The position numbers and the translations under genes were made by a program. A DNA stretch of 63,357 bases, the filler included, from Octopus bimaculoides (Eukaryota): assembly GCF_001194135.2 (NCBI RefSeq). It is 4 parts of 3 records of this genome, joined end to end, with 100 filler letters (N's around TTAATTAATTAA, not from the genome) between each part and the next. Parts side by side here need not be neighbours in the genome. Positions count along the whole stretch, not along the records: positions 26,961 to 33,830 come from NC_068986.1; positions 33,931 to 63,357 come from NC_068987.1; 2 more parts are not named here. One strand, given 5' to 3'. Position 1 is the stretch's first letter, and every line of letters begins with the position of its first letter. This document shows, one piece after another, positions 28,726-41,347 of this stretch. The notes under the pieces were generated by a model. The model was given only the letters and a program-made list of their open reading frames with translations. It made no database searches and was not told where the DNA came from.

Positions 28726-29147
28726 GTTTCAGATACTGAAATAGCAACAGACAAATTTTATATTCTATTACGAATTGTCATCTGTTGTCTTAAAACATGG
28801 AAATTTTCACGTATCGCAAGTGTTATTAAGAGATTTACATTCATTATTCACATCTAAAAATTAATTTTTATTCAAGTATATTTGTTACATTCAAATCTGA
28901 GACTAATAGATTCATAGAAATCACGTATTTACTTCAAGTCAGGGTCACTGACTCTAGAAGTAATTATGCTCTTTATACAAGTATACATATACACACGTAT
29001 ATGTATATACGTGTGTATATGTGGTCTGTGTGCGTACATGTGTGTATGCATACATGAAAGTCAGAGAACGAAAGCGAGTGAGAGAGACAGTGAAAGTAAG
29101 TTTGAAAAAGATGCCAGGGTATATATATACATATATATATACATATA

Positions 29148-29270
29148 CAGGGTGTCCACAAAGTCTGGGTACATGGAGTAAATAAAATCATAGCATAATT
29201 ATATACAAGAAATAATAATTTCTTAAGGTATGTGTTAATCCCCACGTACCCAGACTTTGTGAACACCCTG
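29148..29270. mobile_element. Tc1/mariner-type MITE, 123 bp
   Basis: 25-bp TIRs CAGGGTGTCCACAAAGTCTGGGTAC with 1 mismatch; TA on both flanks; AT-rich core. Confidence 0.85.
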
Positions 29271-31353
29271 TATATNNNNNNNNNNNNNNNNNNNNNNNNN
29301 NNNNNNNNNNNNNNNNNNNNNNNNNNNNNNNNNNNNNNNNNNNNNNNNNNNNNNNNNNNNNNNNNNNNNNNNNNNNNNNNNNNNNNNNNNNNNNNNNNNN
29401 NNNNNNNNNNNNNNNNNNNNNNNNNNNNNNNNNNNNNNNNNNNNNNNNNNNNNNNNNNNNNNNNNNNNNNNNNNNNNNNNNNNNNNNNNNNNNNNNNNNN
29501 NNNNNNNNNNNNNNNNNNNNNNNNNNNNNNNNNNNNNNNNNNNNNNNNNNNNNNNNNNNNNNNNNNNNNNNNNNNNNNNNNNNNNNNNNNNNNNNNNNNN
29601 NNNNNNNNNNNNNNNNNNNNNNNNNNNNNNNNNNNNNNNNNNNNNNNNNNNNNNNNNNNNNNNNNNNNNNNNNNNNNNNNNNNNNNNNNNNNNNTATATA
29701 TATATATATATATATATATATCGTAAAATGTATTTGCCAACTGAATGTGATGGACCCAGAAAGACTTCTCCAGCTGGCCAATAACACACTGCCACTGATC
29801 TCGTAAAAGAGAGAGATAAGTTATACTAAATCTCTGAGCGATAAGATAAACAGTAACGGTATGGAATCGTAAAATATATTCGCCAACTAAATGTAGCGGT
29901 CCTATAGACGATTACGCATGAGACAAAGAACCATTCCGAACAGAGAGATTTACATGCTTCAGGAACGGCCAAAGTACAAACCGATGTGTAACAGACCATG
30001 GATGGAAACATTGTAGAGACAATTCATTTGATACAGTCCGTTTGAGGCAGAATTGCTAGACCAGGAAATTAAATTACCTGTCTGTATTTAGTTATGCCTT
30101 TTACGTTCTCTTTAAACACTTTGCCTGTGATGAAAATCCCCGGTAACTACCCACGCTATATTTTAATACACCATGAGAATCTCCGTGACTCTGGTGATGT
30201 TTCTTTTATGAAGCCTTATATTGCTGCGGTTCAAACGACACTGTTTGAATGTTAGGAAATGTACAGAACACGTTCCTTGTATTTCTTGGATAGTTTTCAA
30301 TTTGAATCAACAGAATCTGAAGAAAGACAATTGGAAAGACGGATACAGGTCATTACCTCCATTATTATTGTTGCGCTGCTCTCCATGAAATAATTTTCGT
30401 GAACGACATATAATAAAGTCTAGAATATAATCTGTAGAAAAAAAGCCATTAATAAAAGAAAAAATATATAACTATAAACGGAGGTATAATGGAAAACGTT
30501 TTCAAATGTGTATAATTGGTGACACCCTTTAAACAGAATGAGTATAATATTCGTTTTCTACTGCGGGAGTCGCGGGTGGCACCCATAGCCAGATCATCAG
30601 TGATATCGCACTTGATTAATACTCGCCAGTGGCTCTCACCCGGTTGCCTAGGGTTAGCTCGCCTTGACAGCTTATAATTGTGATAATTAATATTGTGAAT
30701 ATACAGAGAATATAAATACAGTTTTATAAAAATTTTAAAAAACGCGTAATTTATTAAAAACTTAAACCACTGGTAGAAAAGAATAAATGACACAAAAGTG
30801 GCTGTTGTAGGCAAGGTGTTAAAATACATCTGAAGTGTAAATATCCTTTCCCTTTTCAGGGTTCGATAAAACAATTTCAGTCTAAGATGGCGACATGATT
30901 GCAGCTACGTGATTTCGTATTTCATCTTACTGCGAATCACCTTGGGCAAGTGAGTTTAGCTAATGTCACAAGTCGACGAAATCCTATGAGTAAAATTGGA
31001 CAGACTGAAGCTGTATTGAAAATGCCGTGGGCAAACAGTTCTATCTTTTGGGCAACAGACTTAGTGGTGCCACTTTACCAGTAGGTGCCGTAGGCAAACA
31101 CCACTATTCTACCATGTACATAAGAGAAACACTGGTTAATTTTATCGACTAGATTTCTTCAACATAAATTGCCGATTGTCGCCTTCTGGAAATATCAGAA
31201 ATCACAAGATACATACACTTTCGTTGAGTAAACCATCCTTCTCCCCCGCCCCCCTCTCCCGCTTTATATATATATATATATATATATATAGTTTAAACTA
31301 TATACACATATGCATATGCGTGTGTGTGCATTTTTCTCTCTGCATGTCTCCGT

Positions 31354-31463
<110 letters not shown>

Positions 31464-31985
31464 CGATATGTTTGTGTTGGTCTGATTCTAGACTCAGAGA
31501 CTCAGATTTGAATTAAGTGATGCATCGTTTTATAAAGAATATAAAAATACTTGTAAATAAAACAAATATTTTCATAAAAGTTCAGTTTTAGATATGCATA
31601 TTGAATGCAAATCTATCAGTAACAGTAATGTCTCGTGAATATTTTGCTGTTTTCACAGAACAGATGGGATTACATGATATGAAAAAAACACTGTTCTTTG
31701 TACTACAGCTGCTAGTGAATTAGCATTATGCACACACACACACACACACATGTGTGTGTGTATGTGTGTGTATGTCTGTATACGTATATACTTGTATGTA
31801 TGTAATTTGTAGGTATGTATAGATGTGTGTTTATGATATGCACTTGTAATACAGCGACATTCGTGTATATATATATATATATATANNNNNNNNNNNNNNN
31901 NNNNNNNNNNNNNNNNNNNNNNNNNNNNNNNNNNNNNNNNNNNNNNNNNNNNNNNNNNNNNNNNNNNNNNNNNNNNNNNNNNNNN

Positions 31986-32026
<41 letters not shown>

Positions 32027-32373
32027 GTGGTGTCGGTGTGTGTGTGCGTGTGCGAACCTGTGTTTGTATGTAGGCAAGTGTATATGTGTATATCATTCGC
32101 ACACGATATGATTTTACACTGTTCACACATACCTGAAATCGCTTTATCAGACGAACGTTGAATAATATATGACTTGAGTCTTGAACGCATACGTAAAAGT
32201 AGACGAGCTGAACTTAAAATATTCATACGAAATATTATCCATTGTGAGAATACTTTCCATCACACAACCGGTTTATAGACTATATATTTTGCAAACAAGA
32301 AACATGAACTCCTCGTCTTAATGATTGCACAATAAAAGTGATTTACGTCGAAGCAGATAGTTGAATTATGATG

Positions 32374-32424
<51 letters not shown>

Positions 32425-32622
32425 GCTTCAAATTTTGGCCCAAGGCCAAGAATTTTGGGGGAAGGGCCCAGGGATCAAGTAGTAATTATTTTGTGAGCCC
32501 CGAAAGGATGAATGTCGGAATTTAATACCACAACGTAAAGCCAGACGAAATGCCGCTAAGCATTTTGCCCGATGTACCAACGATTCTGCCAGCTAACCGC
32601 CTTGATAATAATAATAATAATA

Positions 32623-32672
<50 letters not shown>

Positions 32673-32887
32673 CTTTTTTTCTACTCTAGCCACGAGGGCC
32701 GAATTTTGGGGGAGGGCGACATTCGATTAGATCGACTTCAGTACGCAACTGTTACTTAATTTATCAACCCTGAAAAGACGAAAGGCAAAATCAACTTCGG
32801 CGGAATTTGAACTTAACGTAAAAACTGATGAAATACCGTTTGGCATTTCGCCCGGCGTGCCAACGATTCTGCCAGGTCGCCACCTAA
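32425..32887 (-). mobile_element. Two tandem SINE family A copies separated by (AAT)n/(TAT)n
   Basis: About 32425-32600 and 32685-32887; reverse complement of the family A consensus. Confidence 0.75.
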
Positions 32888-34109
32888 AGAAGAAGAAGAA
32901 GAAGAAGAAGAAGGGTCATGATAATGATGATGGTGGTAGTGGTGGTGGTGATAAGCTACTCTATTTGTGAAGAAGAAAACAAAAACAGGATAAAATGAAA
33001 GAAAGATACTCAACACATCGAAAAGGCTTTTTTTTTTTTTTGATTTTCATGCTGAAAGACGGTATTTGATGCTATATCGAAAGGGAGATAATAACAGGTG
33101 GCGCTCAGTGCCTTACTGTGTAATGAAAGGAATGTTATGTATAACTTACGCCTGGAGAATCTGCTGCAAATACTTAACTGCAACTCTAACGTAATAAATA
33201 AGCGGAATAAGTTAACGTTACGTTGCTAACATTTATTTAGCAACACTTTCCGAGCTTTCCTAGTTATGTATACTAATTATTAGTGTGCCTTAACACTATA
33301 TAAATACAATAATTTTAATTTTATTTTCTTAGCTGCACTTCTATAGCGTATACTCCTTCGTATCTGAAATATATTTGATTATCTACAAACTGAGAGATAT
33401 GGAATTGATTATTTAGTCATCATATTATTTTATTTTATATTTTATTTTATTTATTTTAGATCATGTAATTTTACTTAATTTAGAGAGTGGAACTAATATA
33501 TTATTCACTGGATACTGTTTTTCTTAAAAGATATTGAATTTTTTTTTTAGACTTCGAGTTCATTCATTTTGTCTTCCTCTATTTACTGGGTTGTACTTAA
33601 CGACATCACAGATTAATTCTATCTTGACATGAAACAAAACAACTAGATACTATTAAGCTCAGAAGATCTGATAAGCATGTCTTTTCCTCTATCTGACTTG
33701 GACACTGGTCAATAAAAAATGAGTCAGACAGCTTGAGTTTACTACTATAAACACTCCCACTTTATTACAATTAGATATAATTATATAACTATAAATAAAT
33801 ATATATGCATGTGTGTATGTTTATATATATNNNNNNNNNNNNNNNNNNNNNNNNNNNNNNNNNNNNNNNNNNNNTTAATTAATTAANNNNNNNNNNNNNN
33901 NNNNNNNNNNNNNNNNNNNNNNNNNNNNNNCTACTCTCTCTCTCTCGCTACTCTCTCTCTCTCGCTACTCTCTCTCTCTCTCTCTCTCGATCCTCTCTCC
34001 CTCTCTCTCTCTCTCGCTCCTCTCTCACACTCGCTCCTCTCGGTCTCTCGCTCCTATCTCTCTCCCGCTTTTCCCTCTCTGTCGCTCCTGTCTCTCTCTC
34101 TCTCTCTCT

Positions 34110-34449
34110 CGCTCATACATATATACGTACGTACGTACATACATATATACGTACGTAGGTACGTACGTAATACATACATACGTACGTACATCCATACATA
34201 CGTACGTACATCCATACATACGTACGTAGGCAAGTACGTACATCCATACATACTTACGTCGGCACGTACGTACATCCATACATACGCACAGAGGTACATA
34301 CGTACATACATAAGTACGTAGGTACGTACATACATACGTACGTAGGTACGTACGTACATCCATACATACGTACGAAAATCCATGCATACATAACTAGGTA
34401 CGTACGTACATCCATACATACGCACAGAGGTACATACGTACATACATAA
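34110..34449. repeat. Compound (TACG)/(TACA) satellite
   Basis: Recurrent CGTACGTACATCCATACATA-type units running into a gap. Confidence 0.85.
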
Positions 34450-36339
34450 NNNNNNNNNNNNNNNNNNNNNNNNNNNNNNNNNNNNNNNNNNNNNNNNNNN
34501 NNNNNNNNNNNNNNNNNNNNNNNNNNNNNNNNNNNNNNNNNNNNNNNNNGGGTTCTTATATACATAAAATATGTGTTACAATAAAGCTTTACAGGTTTTG
34601 TGGGCTATGTACACACAGTTACATAGAAGAACGCGCAGCAGAACAAAATCGTTGTTCAATAAAAAAATAATAAAAACTTGATACAAGTACTTACATATAA
34701 GACACATAGGATAAGTACACACACACACACACACACACAACTTTACATGTCTACGTAGCTCCTACCGGATATTACGCTATTTCGTGTTATTGCTGTGTTC
34801 AGCACTTACCCATGCAGTGCTGTAAAGTCGATCAGCCAAGGACCATCGTCACGCGCGCGACATTTGTATTTTGTCGCCTCATATGTTGTCGAATCTGTCG
34901 TCTTGCCTCTTACTCTGCCTTAAAAGGCAGCCACACGCTTCCATATACTCTATGATCGATAGAAACATTATTCCATCAACAGTGAGGGCTCCTTCCAACT
35001 TTCGCGAAACAAGTCATTCTCTGCACGTAATATATAACATCTGCAATTACCGCTCAATAAATGATATATCTCATACAACACATTCTTGTAGCAACTCTCA
35101 TGTGTTTTCACCGGTTTTCCCCATTAGCTAATGTGAGAACAGTATTCTTGCAATCATTTTTGGCTATAAATCAAAACTAAAAGGAAACATTCTTTTTTCT
35201 TTTCTCCATGTCTCAAAAAATCAACATAGGCTTTTTCATCCGTATAGAACTCTCATTTCAGCTATTTTAAAATAATCAGATATGTTTAAGCTGAACGAGA
35301 AATCATTTCCCATAGGTGTTTCTTATTTTCCATCAGATATGTTATTTTCTTTTCTGTTTATCACAGCGACGTTATCTGGTTTCACCACGTATGACACTCA
35401 AAAGGAACATTTATGAAAGTTCGTATAATGCTATTTCTAAAACCTTAAATTTCGTATTCGACTTTACAAATACGTACATTTGAATAAATATTTTCTATCA
35501 CACATTTATACACTCCTTGTTTTTATTTATATGGTATTTATCATTTTTATACATTTATACTGTTATATGGACTGTTAGATATGTATTTCGTCTGACGTTC
35601 CGTGTGTCACTGTGGTTCGTCTGAGTTCATTGTTTCATTGTTGTTGTTCTGAAGGACTGGGGTAGTAAAATGTCATTTATATATATGGCGGACATGATTC
35701 TTGTTTATTCATAACGAACATTGGGTGAGTGCGTTCTTTGTATGTAATTGAATAATAAATGTAATAATTAAATTGTACAACTCGTTGTGTTATCTCTGCG
35801 AGTCTTCCGAGGGAAATACAACATATACAATCCTTGCTTTCATTTATGTGCATTCGTCATTTTCTTTCTTTGTATTATTGACGCATAATTCAAATCTGAT
35901 TCCATAAACCTTTGAAAAATTACGGACTGTTTGGCAACTTTGAATTAAAGCAGCATTTACCCAAAAGCAGTCTACGCTTTCGGTAGTAAGTAGAAAATAT
36001 AGGAGAGAACTATTATAATTGAATTACAGTTACTATATCCGCGCATTCATATTCTATAGGTACTCTATGGAATCACTACTCAATAAAATGCCACACTCTA
36101 AACTGTTACATAATCAATATCTCAGGTTATAACAACAGCTCACGCAGATCATACAACTGGTACAATATATAGTCGTCACTCATTGATATAAGAACCTGCA
36201 CATAAAACACTTTGCCCTATTACCGTTCAACACCAAACTGAAACGCCTAACACTAATCACACAACACATTCTACTCGATATAACGACGACGACGACGACA
36301 ACAACAACACCACCACCAACAACAATAATAATCTTTTCT

Positions 36340-36530
36340 ACTATAGGAACAAGGCCTAAAATTTGTGGAGAGGAGGATTGTCGACCACATCGACACCAGT
36401 GTTTCACTGGTACTTATTTTATCGACCCCGAAAGGATGAAAGGCAGAGTCGACCTCGACGGAGGTCGACTTTGCCTTTCATTCTTTTGGGGTCGATAAAT
36501 TAAGTACCAGTGAAAATACTGGGGTCAGTT
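36340..36530. mobile_element. SINE family A fold-back junction
   Basis: 55-bp arms 36402-36456 and 36461-36515, 4 mismatches, 4-nt loop GACG. Confidence 0.85.
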
Positions 36531-36604
36531 AATGATAATAATGATAATAATAATGATAATAATTTATGACATTCTTCAGCTTTATTCACAACCTTGATAA
36601 CAAT

Positions 36605-36675
<71 letters not shown>

Positions 36676-37634
36676 TAATAATAATATCAATATATTATAA
36701 ATTAACTACCAACAAAAATAATTGGTAAGCTAACTCAAAAAATCATCACCAAANNNNNNNNNNNNNNNNNNNNNNNNNNNNNNNNNNNNNNNNNNNNNNN
36801 NNNNNNNNNNNNNNNNNNNNNNNNNNNNNNNNNNNNNNNNNNNNNNNNNNNNNNNNNNNNNNNNNNNNNNNNNNNNNNNNNNNNNNNNNNNNNNNNNNNN
36901 NNNNNNNNNNNNNNNNNNNNNNNNNNNNNNNNNNNNNNNNNNNNNNNNNNNNNNNNNNNNNNNNNNNNNNNNNNNNNNNNNNNNNNNNNNNNNNNNNNNN
37001 NNNNNNNNNNNNNNNNNNNNNNNNNNNNNNNNNNNNNNNNNNNNNNNNNNNNNNNNNNNNNNNNNNNNNNNNNNNNNNNNNNNNNNNNNNNNNNNNNNNN
37101 NNNNNNNNNNNNNNNNNNNNNNNNNNNNNNNNNNNNNNNNNNNNNNNNNNNNNNNNNNNNNNNNNNNNNNNNNNNNNNNNNNNNNNNNNNNNNNNNNNNN
37201 NNNNNNNNNNNNNNNNNNNNNNNNNNNNNNNNNNNNNNNNNNNNNNNNNNNNNNNNNNNNNNNNNNNNNNNNNNNNNNNNNNNNNNNNNTATATATATAT
37301 AGGTAGGTAGAGTATTTATTGTAACAAATAATAAAACATTAGAATAACGAGTAGAAAATTGACTATAAGATATTGTACACATTAAAAGTAATCAAATTTG
37401 TATAATATTTGAGAAGTAATAAATATAATGTTCTTATTATCTTGTTATTTTGGCATTGTGATAATGTTGGACTAGGCACCACTTCAGTGCAATGCAATAT
37501 CTGATATGGTACAGTGTGCTATAATGTTGTGGAATACAATATAGGGTACTACAGTGTAATTCTCTACGGTATAGTTCAGTATAGTATTTGGGGTGATTCT
37601 CTCTCTCTCTCTTTCTCACTCAAACACACACGCG

Positions 37635-37673
<39 letters not shown>

Positions 37674-37683
37674 NNNNNNNNNN

Positions 37684-37752
<69 letters not shown>

Positions 37753-37839
37753 GCACGCACGCATACCCACACAAGTATAGATACATATATACACACACGT
37801 ATACATACACACATAAACGTATACGTACACACATACACA

Positions 37840-38394
37840 CGAGGGTGAGTCAAAAAGTAATACCATTGTGTTTAGGACAGGTATAATTACCAACACAGGA
37901 ACATGTATCATACATCAAAATGAAGCTGGTCCTCTGTGGATTACATCACTACTTCTCAACATAGTCACCGTTTTTCTCAATAGCAATGTTCGACCTTCGA
38001 ATAAGAGCATGTATCTCTGCCCTGTAAAATTCTGTTGACTGTTGTTTGAGCCACTTCTTCACTACAGTTTTCACTTCTTCGTCATAGAATAATGTTTGTC
38101 TCTCAAACCTTCTTTCGTGGCGCCGAAGAGATGATAGTCTAAAGGCGCTAAATCTGGTGAGTATGGAAGTAGTGAAGAAGTGGCTCAAAGAACAGTCAAC
38201 AGAATTTTATGGGGCAGGGATCCATGCTCTCATTCGAAGGTGGAACATTGTTATTGAGAGAAACGGTGACTGTGTTGAGAAGTAGGGATGTGACCCACAG
38301 AGGACCAGCTTTATTTTGATGTATGATACATGTTCCTGTGTTGGTAATTATACCTGACCTAAACAAAATGGCATTACTTTTTGACTTACCCTCG
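37840..38394. mobile_element. Fold-back mariner derivative (two inverted 226-bp transposase 3' ends)
   Basis: Arms 37840-38065 and 38169-38394 are reverse complements. Each encodes ...VKKWLK.QSTEFY...IHALIRR...NGD.VEK*. The spacer holds the PYSPDLAPLDYHLF motif on the minus strand. Confidence 0.88.
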
Positions 38395-38576
38395 TACATA
38401 CATACATTGGGTTGGATAATGTGAGAGTGTGCATATTAGTGTGTTATGTGTCTCGTTTCCACCGTATCTCATTATTGTCGACACCACAAAGGACAGCGGT
38501 GTGTTTAAGGAGTCAAGACTACGAAAACCTCTAGACAGCTGATGAATTTTTCGTTTGTTCTGTTTGTGCCAAATTA

Positions 38577-38661
<85 letters not shown>

Positions 38662-38915
38662 TCGTGCCCTTTAATGCAGGCTGCGTGTTCCGTGTTCCGT
38701 GTTCCCAAGGAAAGAATTCAACGTGCTAGTGTATATTGTCTCTTGTAGATATGAAATTCTACTTCATTAAAGATCTTAACTTTCTTGGAGAAGCTTAGAT
38801 ACCCACTCCCGAATCCAGCCTCAGCCAAATATTTTATTATATTATTAACAAGACAGTCATATCACTTGAATATGAAACATATATATTGGAAAGTCAAAGC
38901 AGTCAGTTAATTCAC

Positions 38916-39041
38916 CTCCTATAGGTCCGGCAATTAGGATAGGAAATCCTCTGAACATACACATGAATCCAACGGAACTATTCAACCGACTATAACCGAC
39001 AATTTCTATCAATACCAAGGGTGTCAAAGCGGCATCCGCAG
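38916..39041 (-). CDS. SLC16/MCT-family transporter, coding exon (TM10-TM11)
   Basis: TTCCAG acceptor, G|GTGAAT donor, 126 nt, phase 1/1. (A)ADAALTPLVLIEIVGYSRLNSSVGFMCMFRGFPILIAGPIG(G). Confidence 0.88.
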
Positions 39042-39743
39042 CTGGAATGATAAAAAAAAGTTTCATTCAATTGGTATCAGGACTATTTTGGAAATCAAGA
39101 AATAAATCTCGCAAAGGAATTTCATTAATAACAGAAAAAAACCTTAGAAAATCATTTCCCTCCCTAAACGATGCAATTTCAAATGATAGCATAAAGAAGG
39201 CAGTTTTCGTAACGTGCAAGACAAAACGCACTGAAATATTGAGTTGTTTTCTTTTTATTAGCTTCGATTTAGATTTTCCTAGCTACGTAATGCTTGAAAT
39301 AAAAGATGGGCTGTTATGGCTAGAATGCTCAGTCAGTTGTTACTAAAGGCTATGAGTAAAAACCAATAACAATTAGTTGCCTTTCATTATATCCTTGATT
39401 AAATAAGTTAGGAGACGAAGAAAAACCTTAGGGACTAACGAAATTTGTGATGGACTATAAAAGGCATGCAGTTGTCGGTGGATACTTATTACTGACGAAG
39501 CTCAAAGTGATAGAAATACGTATTTAGCAATACCACCACCGCTGCTGGAATATTTTCATCTGCTACTGATATATTTATATTAATTTGTTTTGCAAGATTC
39601 CTGATGTGAAATCGTGTGTTGAAACAGATATTGCTGTATTTCGAGACGGTCATTTTTCTTTTGCCAAATGAACACACACACTATATATTTTTTCTTCACT
39701 CATTTATAATTGTTTTTATTTTCTTATTTTAACTCATGTCCAT

Positions 39744-39788
39744 TGTCCAGAAGATTTTCGTCATACATCTGTGACCTCTTCAGCGACA
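39744..39788 (-). ncRNA. Minimal type-I hammerhead-ribozyme-like motif (Penelope type)
   Basis: Minus strand UGUCG-CUGAAGA-G-GUCA-CAGAUGUA-UGAC-GAAA-AUCUUC-UGGACA: intact core, 4-bp stem II, UUC cleavage triplet, bulged stem I. Confidence 0.55.
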
Positions 39789-41185
39789 TTTTTCGTTTTC
39801 GTGTGTTCTTGCTCCACTTACGTCATTCTGTTCTTCTGGAANNNNNNNNNNNNNNNNNNNNNNNNNNNNNNNNNNNNNNNNNNNNNNNNNNNNNNNNNNN
39901 NNNNNNNNNNNNNNNNNNNNNNNNNNNNNNNNNNNNNNNNNNNNNNNNNNNNNNNNNNNNNNNNNNNNNNNNNNNNNNNNNNNNNNNNNNNNNNNNNNNN
40001 NNNNNNNNNNNNNNNNNNNNNNNNNNNNNNNNNNNNNNNNNNNNNNNNNNNNNNNNNNNNNNNNNNNNNNNNNNNNNNNNNNNNNNNNNNNNNNNNNNNN
40101 NNNNNNNNNNNNNNNNNNNNNNNNNNNNNNNNNNNNNNNNNNNNNNNNNNNNNNNNNNNNNNNNNNNNNNNNNNNNNNNNNNNNNNNNNNNNNNNNNNNN
40201 NNNNNNNNNNNNNNNNNNNNNNNNNNNNNNNNNNNNNNNNNNNNNNNNNNNNNNNNNNNNNNNNNNNNNNNNNNNNNNNNNNNNNNNNNNNNNNNNNNNN
40301 NNNNNNNNNNNNNNNNNNNNNNNNNNNNNNNNNNNNNNNNNNNNNNNNNNNNNNNNNNNNNNNNNNNNNNNNNNNNNNNNNNNNNNNNNNNNNNNNNNNN
40401 NNNNNNNNNNNNNNNNNNNNNNNNNNNNNNNNNNNNNNNNNNNNNNNNNNNNNNNNNNNNNNNNNNNTAATCACAGCTTCCTAGCTTCCATCACTTTCCC
40501 CAAATTATTTAAAGAAAATTCTTTTTATTTTTTTCTTTCTTCGAAGTAATCACCAGTTGAGTTCCAAGGTAGATTTAATCAAGTCTATACTTATGGTATG
40601 AATTTGTAACCGTCTGCCAGTAAAAACTGAATAAAGAAATAATAAAAAAAGAAAATGATAAGACTTAAAACCCATTTAAAGAAACCAGTGGGATTTGGTG
40701 AGAAGCTATAAGGACTTCGTCCTTTGATGATGCATGCAGGGCCAGTCAACCTGATATTGATGATCACTATTCTGAGAATGGAATCCTGTCCTCTGAGTAG
40801 GTCAGTGATATATTTGCCCGTTGAACAGTCTAGCCACTATATAGCATCTATCATAACTCGATGTGCCCGGTTATTTTAAAGTTAGATCTCTTGAAGATAC
40901 ATATTATCTAGTGCAAAATTTTTAAACCGTGTGTGTGTGCTTGTGGGGAAGGAACGTGTATGTGTGCATATGTGCATATGCATGTGGGCATGCATATGCA
41001 GAGGTGTGTGGCATTTAGAGTGATTTTACGGACTCGAGATGTATATTTCAAAGAATAGAGGGAAATCAGGTGTTGTAACGTAAATGATTTATTAATAATG
41101 TAAGAGAAGTGAAACAACTGAGTGTTGGAAATTAAACTGCGCCTTAGATTCAACATTCTCTATAATGATTGCAATTGTATAATAT

Positions 41186-41347
41186 TAAAGCAGTTGTATA
41201 CTGTCAACTCAATGTGACAGCCCCAATAAGGGAATCATACTGCTAATATTTAGCCCTAGGAAGCTGGATCGCTTCAGGGCTAAATAGCAGCAGTATGATT
41301 CCCTTATTGGGACTGTCACATTGAGTTGACAGTATACAACTGCTTTA
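41186..41347. mobile_element. Palindromic MITE-like element (79/77-nt arms, 6-nt loop)
   Basis: Arms 41186-41264 and 41271-41347 differ by 3 substitutions and one 2-nt indel. Begins and ends with TA. Confidence 0.8.

Noticed and set aside
30040-30078. Minus-strand GNLISWSS resembling the copia RNase H motif
   Set aside because: No KKQ continuation or flanking RT/RNase H similarity; likely chance.
30884-30892. AAGATGGCG as a YY1 site or gene start
   Set aside because: The ORF stops after 3 codons and there is no other support; the motif is too short.
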